Assembly (NCBI RefSeq): GCF_000485595.1
Contig: NW_014577078.1
Span: forward strand, 276,427-328,469
Source: Priapulus caudatus
Taxonomy: Eukaryota
Direction: 5' to 3'
DNA: 52,043 bases
Shown: piece by piece, positions 51,737 to 52,043 of the stretch
How the letters are laid out: the number at the start of each line of letters is the position of its first letter
How positions within the stretch are numbered: position 1 is the stretch's first letter
Program-made: the position numbers and the translations under genes
Notes under the pieces: generated by a model
The model's database searches: none
What the model was told of the DNA's origin: nothing
Seen by the model: the letters and a program-made list of their open reading frames with translations, nothing else

Positions 51737-52043
51737 GTATATATGTATTGTATAGTGTGTGGCTGTGTGCTGTTTAAATTATACATTATTGCATTAGGTA
51801 CAAGTAGGGACGCATACATGTGTGACTGGAGAAGTGTTCACCCCTTAATCTGACCACCAGTGACCTCTTATAAAAATTAAAGTTTTCTTGATTTCCAACC
51901 TGTCCCGATAAGGTGCATAGGCCCTACAGGCGCATACCACTGTTGAATTTGGTATCACATTGAAGTGTAGTTTAAAAAATGATTATCTATAAAAAATGAA
52001 AAATAAAAACGTAGACTTATTAGATCGCACCTACCAGAGGAAA

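Overview
This is a 52-kb window of a draft invertebrate animal genome, not prokaryotic DNA. It has GT-AG introns, TTAGGG-type repeats, N gaps, and long indel-rich stretches that look like uncorrected long-read gap fill. Three host genes are recognisable, all on the + strand: TBCC (tubulin-folding cofactor C; noisy first exon ~9436-9652, clean terminal exon 11329-12173), CWC15 (6 coding exons, 217 aa) and the first coding exon of a YAP/Yorkie orthologue (47278-47705). Between TBCC and CWC15 lies a 3'-truncated Ty3/Gypsy LTR retrotransposon with a 5' LTR, a tRNA-Ser-type PBS and gag-PR-RT-RH-IN motifs. The last two CWC15 exons lie in a head-to-tail duplication (~27665-35241 and ~35246-44846). 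The two copies differ by at least two transposon insertions, so they are most likely two alleles stacked in the assembly. The rest is dense in small non-autonomous elements: canonical Helitrons, Helentron-associated HINEs, CAG...CTG elements with 6-bp TSDs, an 80-bp hairpin MITE with a 9-bp TSD, an inverted-repeat element carrying telomeric repeats, and a ~62-bp minisatellite apparently grown from a MITE terminus. I found no convincing new multi-gene system. The most interesting signals are transposon and repeat architecture and the CWC15-YAP linkage.
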